From the NCBI GenBank assembly GCA_965215335.1, contig CBDCDA010000002.1:576001-640000 (forward strand): DNA of 64,000 bases. The letters are read 5' to 3'. A model generated the notes under the pieces. It worked only from the letters and a program-made list of their open reading frames with translations. It was not told where the DNA came from and searched no databases. This DNA comes from an uncultured Candidatus Entotheonella sp. (GTDB lineage: Bacteria > Tectomicrobia > Entotheonellia > Entotheonellales > Entotheonellaceae). This document shows, in pieces, positions 1-10,225 of the stretch (within the stretch, counting starts at the first letter, position 1; the number at the start of each line of letters is the position of its first letter). The translations under genes were made by a program, and so were the position numbers.

Positions 1-188
1 CCACCGGTAAGGATGAGAAAGACGTTGGGATTGACCCGGGCGATATCGTCCATCACGCGGTAGCACTCAGCCGTCGTCAATTCGTTTGCGGTATCGGCAC
101 CGACGGAGGCACTGATATAACAGTGCGCACAGAACAGGTTACACCGCTGCGTAAGGTTCCAGGAAACCGAATAGGCTTTGTAGACCAT
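1..188 (-). CDS. Radical SAM protein, NirJ/Ahb-like (5' part only; runs off the window)
   Basis: Manual translation MVYKAYSVSWNLTQRCNLFCAHCYISA...LILTGG with CxxxCxxC motif; not in the ORF track because it is truncated by the window edge. Confidence 0.8.
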   Translation of the reverse strand, partial: MVYKAYSVSWNLTQRCNLFCAHCYISASVGADTANELTTAECYRVMDDIARVNPNVFLILTG

Positions 189-205
189 AGGGCTGTCCGT
201 CTTGC

Positions 206-2299
206 TCAACGCTCCTCGCCAAAATGTTTCAGGTCTTCCGGGCCTTCCTGCGTCATCACCACGCCCTCTCCCTGGACCATTTGGCGAACCGACTCCACCA
301 CTTCGGGGTTCGCCAGCGTGGTCACGTCGCCAATGTCCATGGTATTCGAGATCGCCGCCAGCACCCGGCGCATGATCTTTCCGGAACGCGTCTTGGGCAT
401 GTCCGGCACGATGTACACATGCTTCGGCCGCGCTATCTTGCCGATGATCGTCTCGATGGCCTCGGTCACCTTCGCTTCGATGGCCGGATTGGGGTCGAAA
501 CCAGGCTTCAGCGATACATACATGTCCGGCACCCGCCCCCGAATGTCGTCCGCCACCGGCACGACCGCGGCCTCGGCGATCTCCTCCACCGTCAGGCCGG
601 CGGATTCGAGCTCCTTGGTGCCCAGGCGATGACCGGCGACGTTGATGACGTCATCGACGCGGCCCAGGATGCGGTAATAGCCGTCGGCAGACCGCATGGC
701 CCCGTCACCGGTGAAGTACGGCCAGTCGCGCCAGTCCTTGCTCTCGGGATTCTTGCAGTACTTGCCGTAGTAGGTCGATACGTAACGCTCGCGGTCGCCC
801 CAGATCGTCTGGAACCCGCCCGGCCAGGGATTGCGGATGCAAATGTTGCCAGCCTTGCCCGACCCTGCCGGCACCTCATCGCCGTTTTCGTCGTAGATGA
901 CCGGATGAATGCCCGGCATGCTGGGCCCTGCGCTGCCAGCCTTCATGGCCTGCAGGGCGGGCAGCGTGCTGCACAGGAAACCGCCGGTTTCGGTCTGCCA
1001 CCAAGTGTCGCAAATGACAGCCTCGCGCTTGCCGACCACGTTGTAGTACCACTGCCACACCTCGGGCTCGATGGGCTCACCAACCGTGGTCATGTGTTTG
1101 AAGTGGTACTTGTATTTCTGCGGCTCCTCAGGGCCGGCCTTGCGCAGCATGCGAATGGTGGTGGGGGCGGTATGGAAGATATTGACCGCCAAGCGCTCGG
1201 CGATGCGCCAAGCCCGCCCAGCGTCAGGATAGGTGGGGACGCCCTCGTACATGACGGTGGTAGCGGCCAGAGACAACGGGCCATAGACGATATAGGAGTG
1301 TCCGGTGATCCAGCCGATATCTGCCATGCACCAGTACACGTCCTCGGGGTGAATGTCCTGCACGTACTTGGAGGTGCCGGCCACGTAAGAAAGATAGCCG
1401 CCCGTGCTGTGCTGGCAGCCTTTGGGGCGCCCGGTCGTTCCACTGGTATACATTAGGAACAACGGCTCCTCGGCCGCCAGCGCCACGGGCTCGACCCGGC
1501 TGCCAGCGTAGGCTTTCAACTCGTCGTCCGCGAAATAGTCACGCCCGTCCTGCATCGGCGTGGCGGAATGGTACTGGCCGGGATAACGCCGCCACACCAG
1601 AACCTTGTCGACTGCCTGGCCTTGCTCAGCCGCCGCCTTCACCGCCTCGTCCGCCTTTTCCTTGTGATCCAGAAGCGTGCCGCTGCGGTAATAACTGTCC
1701 ATCGTGACCAGGACCCGACTACCGGAATCGGCAAGACGCTCGCCGCAGGACTTGCCGCTGAAGCCGCCGAACACTACCGAATGAATGGCGCCCAATCTGG
1801 CACAGGCCAGCATGGTGACCGGCAGTTCCGGCACCATTGGCATGTGAATGGTCACCCGGTCACCTGCCTTGACACCGGCAAAATCCCGCAACGCGGCGGC
1901 AAATTCGTTCACCCGCACATACAGTTCTTGAAAGGTGATCGCAACATGGGCTTCATCTTCCGGTTCCGGCACATAAAGAATAGCGGCTTTATTTCTGTGC
2001 CTTGTCAAATGGCGGTCAATACAATTGTGGGAAACATTAAGCTTGCCACCTACAAACCATTTCCAGCACGGGGCATCACTGGTATCCAGCATGGTGTGCC
2101 AGTACTCATGCCAGTGGAGAAGATCGGCGTATTCCTTGAAACATTCGGGAAATCGGTCAAGCCCGAAGCGATCGTGAATATGCGGGTCGGTCATGTTCGC
2201 CTGGGCGACAAACTGCGCCGATGGTTGAATATAAGCTTCTTCCTTCCAATGCACGGCGATCTGCGCTTCACTCGTCGCCACGACTTCCGGGTCGCTCAT
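206..2299 (-). CDS. acs: Acetate--CoA ligase (acetyl-CoA synthetase)
   Basis: YTSGTTGRPKG, DTWWQTETG, PKTRSGKIMRR motifs; start taken at MSDPEV. Confidence 0.95.
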   Translation of the reverse strand: MSDPEVVATSEAQIAVHWKEEAYIQPSAQFVAQANMTDPHIHDRFGLDRFPECFKEYADLLHWHEYWHTMLDTSDAPCWKWFVGGKLNVSHNCIDRHLTRHRNKAAILYVPEPEDEAHVAITFQELYVRVNEFAAALRDFAGVKAGDRVTIHMPMVPELPVTMLACARLGAIHSVVFGGFSGKSCGERLADSGSRVLVTMDSYYRSGTLLDHKEKADEAVKAAAEQGQAVDKVLVWRRYPGQYHSATPMQDGRDYFADDELKAYAGSRVEPVALAAEEPLFLMYTSGTTGRPKGCQHSTGGYLSYVAGTSKYVQDIHPEDVYWCMADIGWITGHSYIVYGPLSLAATTVMYEGVPTYPDAGRAWRIAERLAVNIFHTAPTTIRMLRKAGPEEPQKYKYHFKHMTTVGEPIEPEVWQWYYNVVGKREAVICDTWWQTETGGFLCSTLPALQAMKAGSAGPSMPGIHPVIYDENGDEVPAGSGKAGNICIRNPWPGGFQTIWGDRERYVSTYYGKYCKNPESKDWRDWPYFTGDGAMRSADGYYRILGRVDDVINVAGHRLGTKELESAGLTVEEIAEAAVVPVADDIRGRVPDMYVSLKPGFDPNPAIEAKVTEAIETIIGKIARPKHVYIVPDMPKTRSGKIMRRVLAAISNTMDIGDVTTLANPEVVESVRQMVQGEGVVMTQEGPEDLKHFGEER

Positions 2300-2497
2300 C
2301 TCTTCTCTCCTGAACCTGCAGACCGAGCCGATTCCAGGGGCCGAATCAAGCCCCAGTGCTCCCAGCGCGCCCCCATGACAGCGAGGCATGGTAATAGATT
2401 GCCAAGAGACCTGTCAACCGCCCTGTCGTGTGCCGAAAAGGACCGTCTGCCGCTGCCTTGAAGCTGTTCATGAGGTCTTCTGAAGCAAGGCACAGGC

Positions 2498-2526
2498 TTG
2501 ACTTTCAGAAGACTGCTTGCTAGGGT
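2498..2526 (+). promoter_or_regulatory. Putative sigma70 promoter for relA/spoT
   Basis: TTGACT-17 bp-TAGGGT, with TG at the extended -10 position. Confidence 0.4.
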
Positions 2527-2582
2527 CGCGGCCCGTCGGCCTGTGAACCAAACGATACCTTTGTTGAACCATAGACGACGAT

Positions 2583-4754
2583 ATGATGCTGACCATTGAT
2601 TCAGTTATCGCCGCAGTTGAGCAATATCATCCGCGGGCGGATACGGACCTGATCCGCCGAGCCTATCTCTTTGCCGCAGAAGCCCACAAGCATCAAAAAC
2701 GCAAATCCGGCATCCCCTACATCTCGCATCCCCTGGAAGTCGCATCCATTTTGACCGAACTGCAGATGGACGCCATGACCATCGCCAGCGCGCTGCTGCA
2801 CGACACCATTGAGGATACCGACGCCGGCGAGGACCAGATCGTGGCGACCTTCAGCCCCGAGGTCGCCGTGCTTGTCTCTGGTGTCACCAAGCTGAGCAAG
2901 CTCGAGTTCTTCAGCCAGGAGGAGCGGCAGGCGGAAAGCTTCCGCAAGATGCTGGTCGCCATGGCCAAGGATATCCGCGTGATTCTGGTCAAGCTTGCCG
3001 ACCGGCTGCACAACCTGCGCACCCTGGAACACATGGCGGGCCACAAGCAGTGCCTCATTGCCCGCGAAACGCTGGAAATCTACGCCCCCCTGGCCCATCG
3101 TCTCGGCATTACCTGGATGAAGGCCGAGCTGGAAGACCTTTCTTTCTTTTACCTGCACCCACGAGCGTATCAGGAAATCGAGGCGCAGTTCGCAGGCGAG
3201 CAGGACGCGCGAGAACGCTACTTGACGCAGGTGCAGAAAACGGTAGCCAAAGAACTCGCGCAGATGACCATCAGTTGCAGGCTTTCCGGGCGGCCCAAGC
3301 ATTACTACAGCATTTACCAGAAGATGCAGCGCCAGCAACTGCCGTTCGAGGAAGTCCACGACCTGCTGGCCGTGCGGGTCATCACCGACACCGTGCACAA
3401 CTGCTACGCCATCCTGGGCGTCATCCACGCCCTCTGGAAGCCCATCCCCGGACGCTTCAAGGACTACATCGCCCTTCCCAAGCCCAACATGTACCAGTCC
3501 CTGCACACCACCGTGCTGGGCCCCGAGCGCCAGCGCGTCGAGCTGCAGATCCGCACCGAGGAAATGCACCGCACGGCAGAAGAAGGCATCGCGGCGCATT
3601 GGCACTACAAGGAACACGGCTCGACCGAAGAGAACGACGAGCACTTCGCCTGGCTGCGGCGGCTGATGGAGTGGCAACAGGACGTCAAGGATCCCATCGA
3701 GTTCATGGAAACGCTCAAGATCGACATGTTTCCAGAAGAAGTCTACGTCTTTACGCCGCGCGGCGAGGTCAAGACGTTCCCGCGCGGCGCCACGGCGGTG
3801 GATTTCGCCTATTCCGTGCATACCGACGTGGGACACCAGTGCACGGGCGCCAAGGCAAACGGCCGCATGGTGCCGCTGCGCTATCAATTGCGCAACGGCG
3901 ATACCATCGAGGTCCTCACCTCTGCCTCACACGCGCCGAACCGCGACTGGCTCCGCTGGGTGGTGACGTCACGCGCCCGCACGCGTGTCAAGGCCTGGCT
4001 CAAGTCGGAAGACAAGGAGAGAAGCATCGCCCTGGGCATGCGCAACCTGGAACACGAAATCCGCAAGTACACGCCGAATCCACAACCCTATGTGAAACCG
4101 GACGCCCTGCTCGCCGCCGCCCCGGCATTCGGCTGCCACAGGGCAAACGATCTGCTGGAGGCCGTGGGTTACGGACGCGTGTCGGCCCTGCAGGTCGCGC
4201 ATCGCTTGTTGCCGCCGGATTTGATCGAGGAGAAAAGGAAGCCGAGCAAGCCAGCGGCGCCGTCTGGTCGCCAGCAACCGCGCAGCGAGGGGGTGAAGGT
4301 GCACGGGATCACCGACGTCCTCATCAATTTCGCCCGCTGCTGCAGCCCCCTCCCCGGCGACGGCATCGTCGGCTACGTGACGCGCGGGCGCGGCGTCAGC
4401 ATCCACACCACGGACTGTGAAAGCACCCGAAAGCTGGAATACGACGCGGAGAGGCGCACGTCCGTCTCGTGGGACGACGCTGGCGAGACCCTGCACCCGG
4501 CGGGAATCGCGCTGGTGACGCACGACGAACAGGGCGTGCTGGCGAGTGTCAGCGCCGCCATTTCAACGTGCAAGGTGAATATCAGTCGATTCACCACAAC
4601 GACCACCATGGAGAAAAAAGCCTACATGGATGTGACGGTGGATGTCCGCGACGTGCGCCATCTGAACGAGGTCATTCGCCGGATTGAAGGCGTTCGGGGT
4701 GTGCTTTCGGTGGAACGCGCCAGGAATGTCAGGCGGGGCAATTGGCATACGTGA
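2583..4754 (+). CDS. spoT: Bifunctional (p)ppGpp synthetase/hydrolase, RelA/SpoT family
   Basis: HD motif (LLHDTIED), KLADRLHN, YQSLHTTV, TGS and ACT domains. Confidence 0.95.
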   Translation: MMLTIDSVIAAVEQYHPRADTDLIRRAYLFAAEAHKHQKRKSGIPYISHPLEVASILTELQMDAMTIASALLHDTIEDTDAGEDQIVATFSPEVAVLVSGVTKLSKLEFFSQEERQAESFRKMLVAMAKDIRVILVKLADRLHNLRTLEHMAGHKQCLIARETLEIYAPLAHRLGITWMKAELEDLSFFYLHPRAYQEIEAQFAGEQDARERYLTQVQKTVAKELAQMTISCRLSGRPKHYYSIYQKMQRQQLPFEEVHDLLAVRVITDTVHNCYAILGVIHALWKPIPGRFKDYIALPKPNMYQSLHTTVLGPERQRVELQIRTEEMHRTAEEGIAAHWHYKEHGSTEENDEHFAWLRRLMEWQQDVKDPIEFMETLKIDMFPEEVYVFTPRGEVKTFPRGATAVDFAYSVHTDVGHQCTGAKANGRMVPLRYQLRNGDTIEVLTSASHAPNRDWLRWVVTSRARTRVKAWLKSEDKERSIALGMRNLEHEIRKYTPNPQPYVKPDALLAAAPAFGCHRANDLLEAVGYGRVSALQVAHRLLPPDLIEEKRKPSKPAAPSGRQQPRSEGVKVHGITDVLINFARCCSPLPGDGIVGYVTRGRGVSIHTTDCESTRKLEYDAERRTSVSWDDAGETLHPAGIALVTHDEQGVLASVSAAISTCKVNISRFTTTTTMEKKAYMDVTVDVRDVRHLNEVIRRIEGVRGVLSVERARNVRRGNWHT

Positions 4755-4760
4755 GAGGAT

Positions 4761-4955
4761 TCAAGAAGGCTTGCGCACCTTGCCGGAACGCAGGCAGCGC
4801 GTACAGACCTTCAGGCGCTTGGCGTGGCCGCTGGCCGTCTGCACCCGCATCTGCTGCAGGTTGGGATTCCAGCGCCGCTTGGTGAGGTTGTGGGCGTGGC
4901 TGATGTTATGGCCAAATCGTGGTCCCTTGCCGCAGATGTCACAGCTTCTGGCCAT
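4761..4955 (-). CDS. rpmB: 50S ribosomal protein L28
   Basis: CDICGK...[20 protein letters not shown]...VCTRCLRS. Confidence 0.97.
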   Translation of the reverse strand: MARSCDICGKGPRFGHNISHAHNLTKRRWNPNLQQMRVQTASGHAKRLKVCTRCLRSGKVRKPS

Positions 4956-5057
4956 GGCTGCTTCCTTTCATGAACCCGAGACCGTCCGTTGTTTTGCTGA
5001 ATCCGGAAAGTAAGCGTCAAGGCTAGCATATTCTCCCGGCGGCCGCAACAACGCACC

Positions 5058-7544
5058 ATGCCGCCACGTGAGCCTGCGATGACGGACGTCCCTGCCCACC
5101 TGAGCCGTCTCGACAAACCCTTGCAATACGCCACGCGCCATGATTTCGCCAACCTGCATAAGCTGCGCGACCTGGAGTCGTTCGTAGAGCATCAGGTGCA
5201 AGCCCTGCGGTCATTGCCGTTGCCCATCTCGATGCCCGGCCTGTTGGCGCAACTGGCGGCGACGGTGCTGGGGTTTGACGATCTGGCGTTGGCCGAAAAG
5301 CGACAGCGAGTACAGCAGGCCGCTCAGATTCTTTCTCGCCTGCACGCCTTGGTGGATGGCAGCAGCGCCCTGCCAACCCCGGTTGCGCCACCCAAACCGC
5401 GCGCGGCGGCCACGCCGACACCCGTCGCCGCTTCTGAAGACCCTCTGGCCCAGCCGGTGCAATACATGCGCGGCGTCGGACCGCGCCGCGCCGCCCTGCT
5501 GGCCAAACTCTCCCTGTATACGGTGGGTGACCTGCTGTGGTGCCTGCCCGTGCGCTACGAAGACCGCCGCAACATGACCCCCCTGGGCATGCTGCAGGCC
5601 GGCACCCGGCAGACGTTCTGCGGCACGGTAACGGCCTTCCAGCTGCACCACACGTCGCGCGGCAGGTCCTTTGCGACCCTGTGCCTGGAGGATTCCAGCG
5701 CCCCGCTCACCTGCAAATGGTTCCAGCACCGCGGACTCGCCCTGCAGGAGCGCTTTCCCATCGGCGCGCGCGTGGTCGGCAACGGCCTCGTCACCTTCAA
5801 TCGCTATGACGGCAACCGCGAAGTCGTCCATCCCGACCTCGAAGTGCTGGAAGCCGATGACGCCGAGCCGGTTCACTTCGGTCGTCTGGTGCCGATTTAT
5901 CCGCTCACCGCCGGACTGCCCCAGAAGAGCATGCGCAGCCTGATGCACAGCGCCGTGGACAACTTCGCGCCGTTGGTCCACGAGACCCTGCCGGAAGCGG
6001 TCTGCAACGCCCACCGGCTGCCCGCATTGGGGCAGGCCGTGCGCGGCGTGCACTTCCCCGACGACAACGCGGACCTTGAGACTCTCAACGAGCAGCGGAC
6101 CGTCTTTCACGCGCGTCTGGTGTTCGAGGAGTTCTTCCTGCTCGAGATCGGCCTCGCCATCCGCCACCGCGAGGTCCGCAACACACGACGCGACAAGCAC
6201 TACGACCGGCCGAACCACCTCGGCCAGACGCTGCTGAAACACTTGCCGTTTCATCTCACCGCCGCCCAGCAGCGCGTGCTGGACGAGATTCTCGCCGACA
6301 TGCGCCGCCCCTTCCCGATGAACCGCCTCATCCAGGGGGACGTCGGCAGTGGCAAGACCATCGTCGCCCTGCTCGCCATGCTGCTGGCCGTCTCCAACGG
6401 CCAGCAGGCCGCCCTCATGGCGCCGACGGAGCTCCTCGCGGAGCAGCACCTGGCAACCCTGCGCGCCCTGCTGCGGCATCTGGACCTCGAGGTGGCGCTG
6501 CTCACCGGCACGATCAAAGGCCGCAGCCGCCAACAACTCCTGCAGCGCATCTCTGCTGGCGAGGTCTCCGTGCTGGTCGGCACCCACGCCCTGCTGTATG
6601 AAAACGTCCAGTTCCACGGACTCGGCATGATCGTCGTCGACGAGCAGCACCGCTTCGGCGTCATGCAGCGCGCCGGCCTGCGGCAAAAAGGCCTGCGGCC
6701 CGACGTGCTGGTCATGACGGCAACGCCGATCCCGCGCACCCTGGCCATGACGCTGTACGGCGACCTCGATCTGTCCGTCCTGGACGAGTTGCCCCCTGGC
6801 CGCCTGCCGGTAAAAACCGTCCTGCTCGGCGAAAAGCGCCGCGAACACGCCTACGACATGGTGCGCCGCGAGATCGCCAAAGGCCACCAGGCCTACATCG
6901 TCTACCCGCTCATCGAGGAATCCGAAAGCCTTGACCTCGGCGCCGCCGCGGCCATGGCCGAACACCTGCGGCATGCGGTGTTCCCGGAATACGAGGTCGG
7001 CCTGCTGCACGGACGCCTGCCCGCCGAGGCAAGGGAGACCATCATGCGGGCCTTTGCGGAAGGGCGGCTGCGTATTCTGGTGTCCACCACCGTCATCGAG
7101 GTTGGCGTTGATATCGCCAACGCCACGGTCATGCTGATCGAAAACGCCGAGCGGTTCGGCCTTGCGCAGCTGCATCAGCTGCGCGGCCGTGTCGGGCGAG
7201 GTGCCGCACGGGCCACGTGCCTGTTACTGGCGGGCAAAAAAATCAGCCGCGAGAGCCGCCAGCGGCTGAAGGTCATGCAGGAAAGCACGGATGGATTTTA
7301 CGTGGCCGAGCAGGACCTGCAGATTCGCGGGCCGGGGGAATTGCTGGGAACGAAACAGGCGGGGCTGCCGGAATTGCGCGTCGGCAATCTTCTGCATCAC
7401 GGCGTGTGGTTGGAACGAGCGCGGCAGGCGGCCTTTGCCCTGCTTGAGTCAGACCCCCACTTGACCCAAGAAGCCCATAATGCTCTACTGCACGCCGTGC
7501 AGACCCGCTGGGGCCGACAATTTGTACTGGCGACCGTCGGGTAG
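5058..7544 (+). CDS. recG: ATP-dependent DNA helicase RecG
   Basis: QGDVGSGKT, DEQHRFG, TATPIPRTL, QLRGRVGRG. Confidence 0.97.
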   Translation: MPPREPAMTDVPAHLSRLDKPLQYATRHDFANLHKLRDLESFVEHQVQALRSLPLPISMPGLLAQLAATVLGFDDLALAEKRQRVQQAAQILSRLHALVDGSSALPTPVAPPKPRAAATPTPVAASEDPLAQPVQYMRGVGPRRAALLAKLSLYTVGDLLWCLPVRYEDRRNMTPLGMLQAGTRQTFCGTVTAFQLHHTSRGRSFATLCLEDSSAPLTCKWFQHRGLALQERFPIGARVVGNGLVTFNRYDGNREVVHPDLEVLEADDAEPVHFGRLVPIYPLTAGLPQKSMRSLMHSAVDNFAPLVHETLPEAVCNAHRLPALGQAVRGVHFPDDNADLETLNEQRTVFHARLVFEEFFLLEIGLAIRHREVRNTRRDKHYDRPNHLGQTLLKHLPFHLTAAQQRVLDEILADMRRPFPMNRLIQGDVGSGKTIVALLAMLLAVSNGQQAALMAPTELLAEQHLATLRALLRHLDLEVALLTGTIKGRSRQQLLQRISAGEVSVLVGTHALLYENVQFHGLGMIVVDEQHRFGVMQRAGLRQKGLRPDVLVMTATPIPRTLAMTLYGDLDLSVLDELPPGRLPVKTVLLGEKRREHAYDMVRREIAKGHQAYIVYPLIEESESLDLGAAAAMAEHLRHAVFPEYEVGLLHGRLPAEARETIMRAFAEGRLRILVSTTVIEVGVDIANATVMLIENAERFGLAQLHQLRGRVGRGAARATCLLLAGKKISRESRQRLKVMQESTDGFYVAEQDLQIRGPGELLGTKQAGLPELRVGNLLHHGVWLERARQAAFALLESDPHLTQEAHNALLHAVQTRWGRQFVLATVG

Positions 7545-7606
7545 CGTGCCTCCCTGCTGGCGACGGAAAGCTGCCCTTGGCGAAGCGATGGCCTGGAGGA
7601 ACAGCC

Positions 7607-7882
7607 GTGAAGACGATCCCTGTCAATGTTTCCTGCTACTGGAAAAGCCCCGAATTCACCGAGGAGACGGTGCCACACAACCTGCTCGAGTCCCATCGAA
7701 CCAAGGCCGAGACCTGGGCGAAGGTCATCGTTCTCGAGGGGACGCTGCGGTACCGCATCCTCGCGCCGGAGATCCAGGAGTACGAACTCTCGCCAGCCCG
7801 GCCCGGCATCGTGGAGCCAGACGTTCCACACCAGATTGAAGCCATCGGCCGCACTCGCTTCTATGTGGAGTTCTACAGCTGA
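7607..7882 (+). CDS. DUF1971/TehB-N (YeaR-like) cupin protein
   Basis: FTEETVP..LL..HRTKAETWAKVIVLEGTLRY...PHQI...FYVEFY; GTG start after GGAGG. Confidence 0.8.
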   Translation: MKTIPVNVSCYWKSPEFTEETVPHNLLESHRTKAETWAKVIVLEGTLRYRILAPEIQEYELSPARPGIVEPDVPHQIEAIGRTRFYVEFYS

Positions 7883-7980
7883 CTTCGTTGCAAATCTGGC
7901 CGCGATGAATATGCCAGTCGACGGGGCGACACGTGAGAACTCGGCTATGGTTCCTTTCGAACAAGCCCTTGGTGTTTTCT

Positions 7981-8484
7981 TCACCCCTGCGCGATATGAG
8001 CCATGTGCGCCAGTTCGGGCAGAATCAGCTTTTCCATGGCCAGGCGCACCGCGGCGCTCGACCCCGGCATGGAGACGATGACCGTGCCGCCCGCCACTCC
8101 CGCGGTGGCACGACTCATCATGGCCGCGGCGCCGATCTCGTCGTAGCTAAGGTAGCGAAAGAGCTCGCCGAAGCCCGTCAATTCCTTTTCCAGACAGTCC
8201 CGCACCACTTCGTACGTGCCATCGCGCGACGACAGACCCGTGCCGCCGCTCAGCAAAACGGCGTCGGTGTCGGCGTCCTGGATGTGATGCCGCAGCAGGA
8301 GCCGGATGTCGTCAGGCTCGTCTTTGACGAGGCAATAGGCGTGAACTGCGTGGCCCGCCTGTGCAAGAGCATCCTGCATCAACCGTCCGCTGGTGTCGGT
8401 TTCCGGTGTGCGGGTGTCGCTGACCGTGATGACCGCGCAGCGGACGCCAGCGGCGGCCTGCTGCCGGTGTTCCTGGTGACTCAT
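7981..8484 (-). CDS. moaB: Molybdenum cofactor biosynthesis protein MoaB/MogA
   Basis: ITVSDTR, GGTGLSSRD.T, AAMMSRA, SMPGS. Confidence 0.9.
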   Translation of the reverse strand: MSHQEHRQQAAAGVRCAVITVSDTRTPETDTSGRLMQDALAQAGHAVHAYCLVKDEPDDIRLLLRHHIQDADTDAVLLSGGTGLSSRDGTYEVVRDCLEKELTGFGELFRYLSYDEIGAAAMMSRATAGVAGGTVIVSMPGSSAAVRLAMEKLILPELAHMAHIAQG

Positions 8485-8996
8485 GATCGGTTTCCGTTGG
8501 CAAAAGAGGGAAAAGGGCCGCGGCGCGTCACATCGCCCTGATCCGGTAATGCGGCGATGCGTTGGCGGATGGGATCGCCCGACGGCAGGCGCAGCTCCGG
8601 TTCAAGCTCGCTGAGGGGAATGAGGACGAACAACCGTTCGCTCAAGGCTTTGTGGGGAATGTCGAGAAAGGGCTTGTGCACCTGCAGGGCGTCGTAGAAC
8701 AGGATGTCGAGGTCGATGACCCGCGGACCCCATCTGATCGCGGGCTCGCGTCCCAGACGGCTTTCGACGGCCTGCGTGATGGCGAGCAAGGATTCGGGCC
8801 GCAGGGCCGTGTGCATACGCGCGACGACGTTCAGGAATGCGTCCTGCGCGGCGACGCCGACGGGAGCGGTCTCATACAGCGACGAGACGGCCTGCACGGC
8901 GACGGCCGGATGCTGGTGCAAAAGGCCGCAGGCGCGCGCAAGATACTGCTCGCGGTCCCCGATGTTGGAGCCTAGTCCGAGGTAGACGACTGCCAT
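8481..8996 (-). CDS. folK: 2-amino-4-hydroxy-6-hydroxymethyldihydropteridine diphosphokinase
   Basis: LGLGSNIGDR, WGPRVIDLDIL, RLFVLIPL. Confidence 0.95.
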   Translation of the reverse strand: MAVVYLGLGSNIGDREQYLARACGLLHQHPAVAVQAVSSLYETAPVGVAAQDAFLNVVARMHTALRPESLLAITQAVESRLGREPAIRWGPRVIDLDILFYDALQVHKPFLDIPHKALSERLFVLIPLSELEPELRLPSGDPIRQRIAALPDQGDVTRRGPFPSFANGNRS

Positions 8997-9364
8997 GATT
9001 CCTGCGAGCGCTCGATGTCGACGGCGACGTAATCGAGCATGCTCCCCTTCAGCGGCACGTGCGGCTTGCGGACACAGACTCGCACGCTGTCGGGCGCAAA
9101 CTGCTCGCCGATTTGCGCCGCCAGCGTCTCGGCGAGCGCCTCGATGAGGTCGAAACGCTCCGCCTCGACGATGCGTTTCACCACCTTGTAGACCTGCGCG
9201 TAGTTGATCGTCTGTCGCAGGTCGTCGCTCAACCCCGCCGGGCGCGTGTCCACACGCACCGCGACGTCCACCTCAAAGCGCTGCCCGAGGGTCTTCTCTT
9301 CGGGATTGACGCCGTGATAGGCGTAAAACTGCATGTTGCGGAGGTGGATGGTATCGCGGCTCAA
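8972..9364 (-). CDS. folB: Dihydroneopterin aldolase
   Basis: FYAYHGVNPEE..LGQRF, TINYA, LIEALA, VRKP; start estimated at a TTG. Confidence 0.93.
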   Translation of the reverse strand: MSRDTIHLRNMQFYAYHGVNPEEKTLGQRFEVDVAVRVDTRPAGLSDDLRQTINYAQVYKVVKRIVEAERFDLIEALAETLAAQIGEQFAPDSVRVCVRKPHVPLKGSMLDYVAVDIERSQESWQSSTSD

Positions 9365-9392
9365 CGGGTTGTCTCGACGTGAGAGGTAGGCA

Positions 9393-9989
9393 TCAGCGGC
9401 TGACGACCAGTGACATGAATTCACTGCGGGTGGCCAGATCGGTCTTGAACGAGCCGCGCATGGCCGAGGTGACCATCAGCGACCCGGGCTTCTTGACGCC
9501 GCGCATGGTCATGCAGGTATGGGAGGCTTCCACGACGACGCCGACGCCGTGCGCGTCCAGCTCGTCGATCAGCAGGTCGGCGACCTGCGCCGTCATGCGT
9601 TCCTGGACCTGCGGGCGGCGCGCAAACACTTCGATGACGCGGGCAATCTTGCTGAGCCCGACAACCCTGCCGCGCGGAATGTAGGCGGCGTGCACGCGGC
9701 CATGAAACGGCAGCAGGTGGTGCTCGCACATGGAGTGGAACGGAACGTCCTTCACCAGCACCATCTCATCGTGCTGCTCGTCGAACACCACCTGCAGGTA
9801 GGCACGCGGGTCCTCGTGCAGTCCCTGGAAGAACTCACCGTACATTCTTGCCACCCGGCTGGCGGTGTCCTTCAGCCCCTCGCGGTCCGGGTCGTCGCCG
9901 ATGGCTTCAATGATCATGCGCACGCCGGCGGCGATTTTTTCCTGATTGATCACGCCGTTGACTGCCGAGGCGCCAGCCTGCTGCATCAC
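9393..9989 (-). CDS. folE: GTP cyclohydrolase I
   Basis: [32 protein letters not shown]. Confidence 0.97.
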   Translation of the reverse strand: MMQQAGASAVNGVINQEKIAAGVRMIIEAIGDDPDREGLKDTASRVARMYGEFFQGLHEDPRAYLQVVFDEQHDEMVLVKDVPFHSMCEHHLLPFHGRVHAAYIPRGRVVGLSKIARVIEVFARRPQVQERMTAQVADLLIDELDAHGVGVVVEASHTCMTMRGVKKPGSLMVTSAMRGSFKTDLATRSEFMSLVVSR

Positions 9990-10225
9990 TAGGTCTCCTG
10001 GGGTTTACACTGCGGCGTCGAAGGTGTGCACCATACAGGCTTTTCCCGTGACGCGCAAACGGCTGTACGGGCTCGCCGGGCGGGACGGTGCATGACCCGC
10101 CAATTCATGCCGCCGCGGTCCTGGCAGCAAGGCGACGGCAGCGGCCGGACAGGCTCGGAACAGTTCGAGTTGGAGCAAAGCCCGCATTTCCTCTTGTCGC
10201 GCGCCTCAGCCACTCGGCACCGCCG

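Noticed and set aside
5211..7175. Long antisense ORFs (also 18839-20854, 27363-29288, 60675-62624 and others)
   Set aside because: They are shadow frames of well-supported genes in high-GC DNA and show no protein motifs
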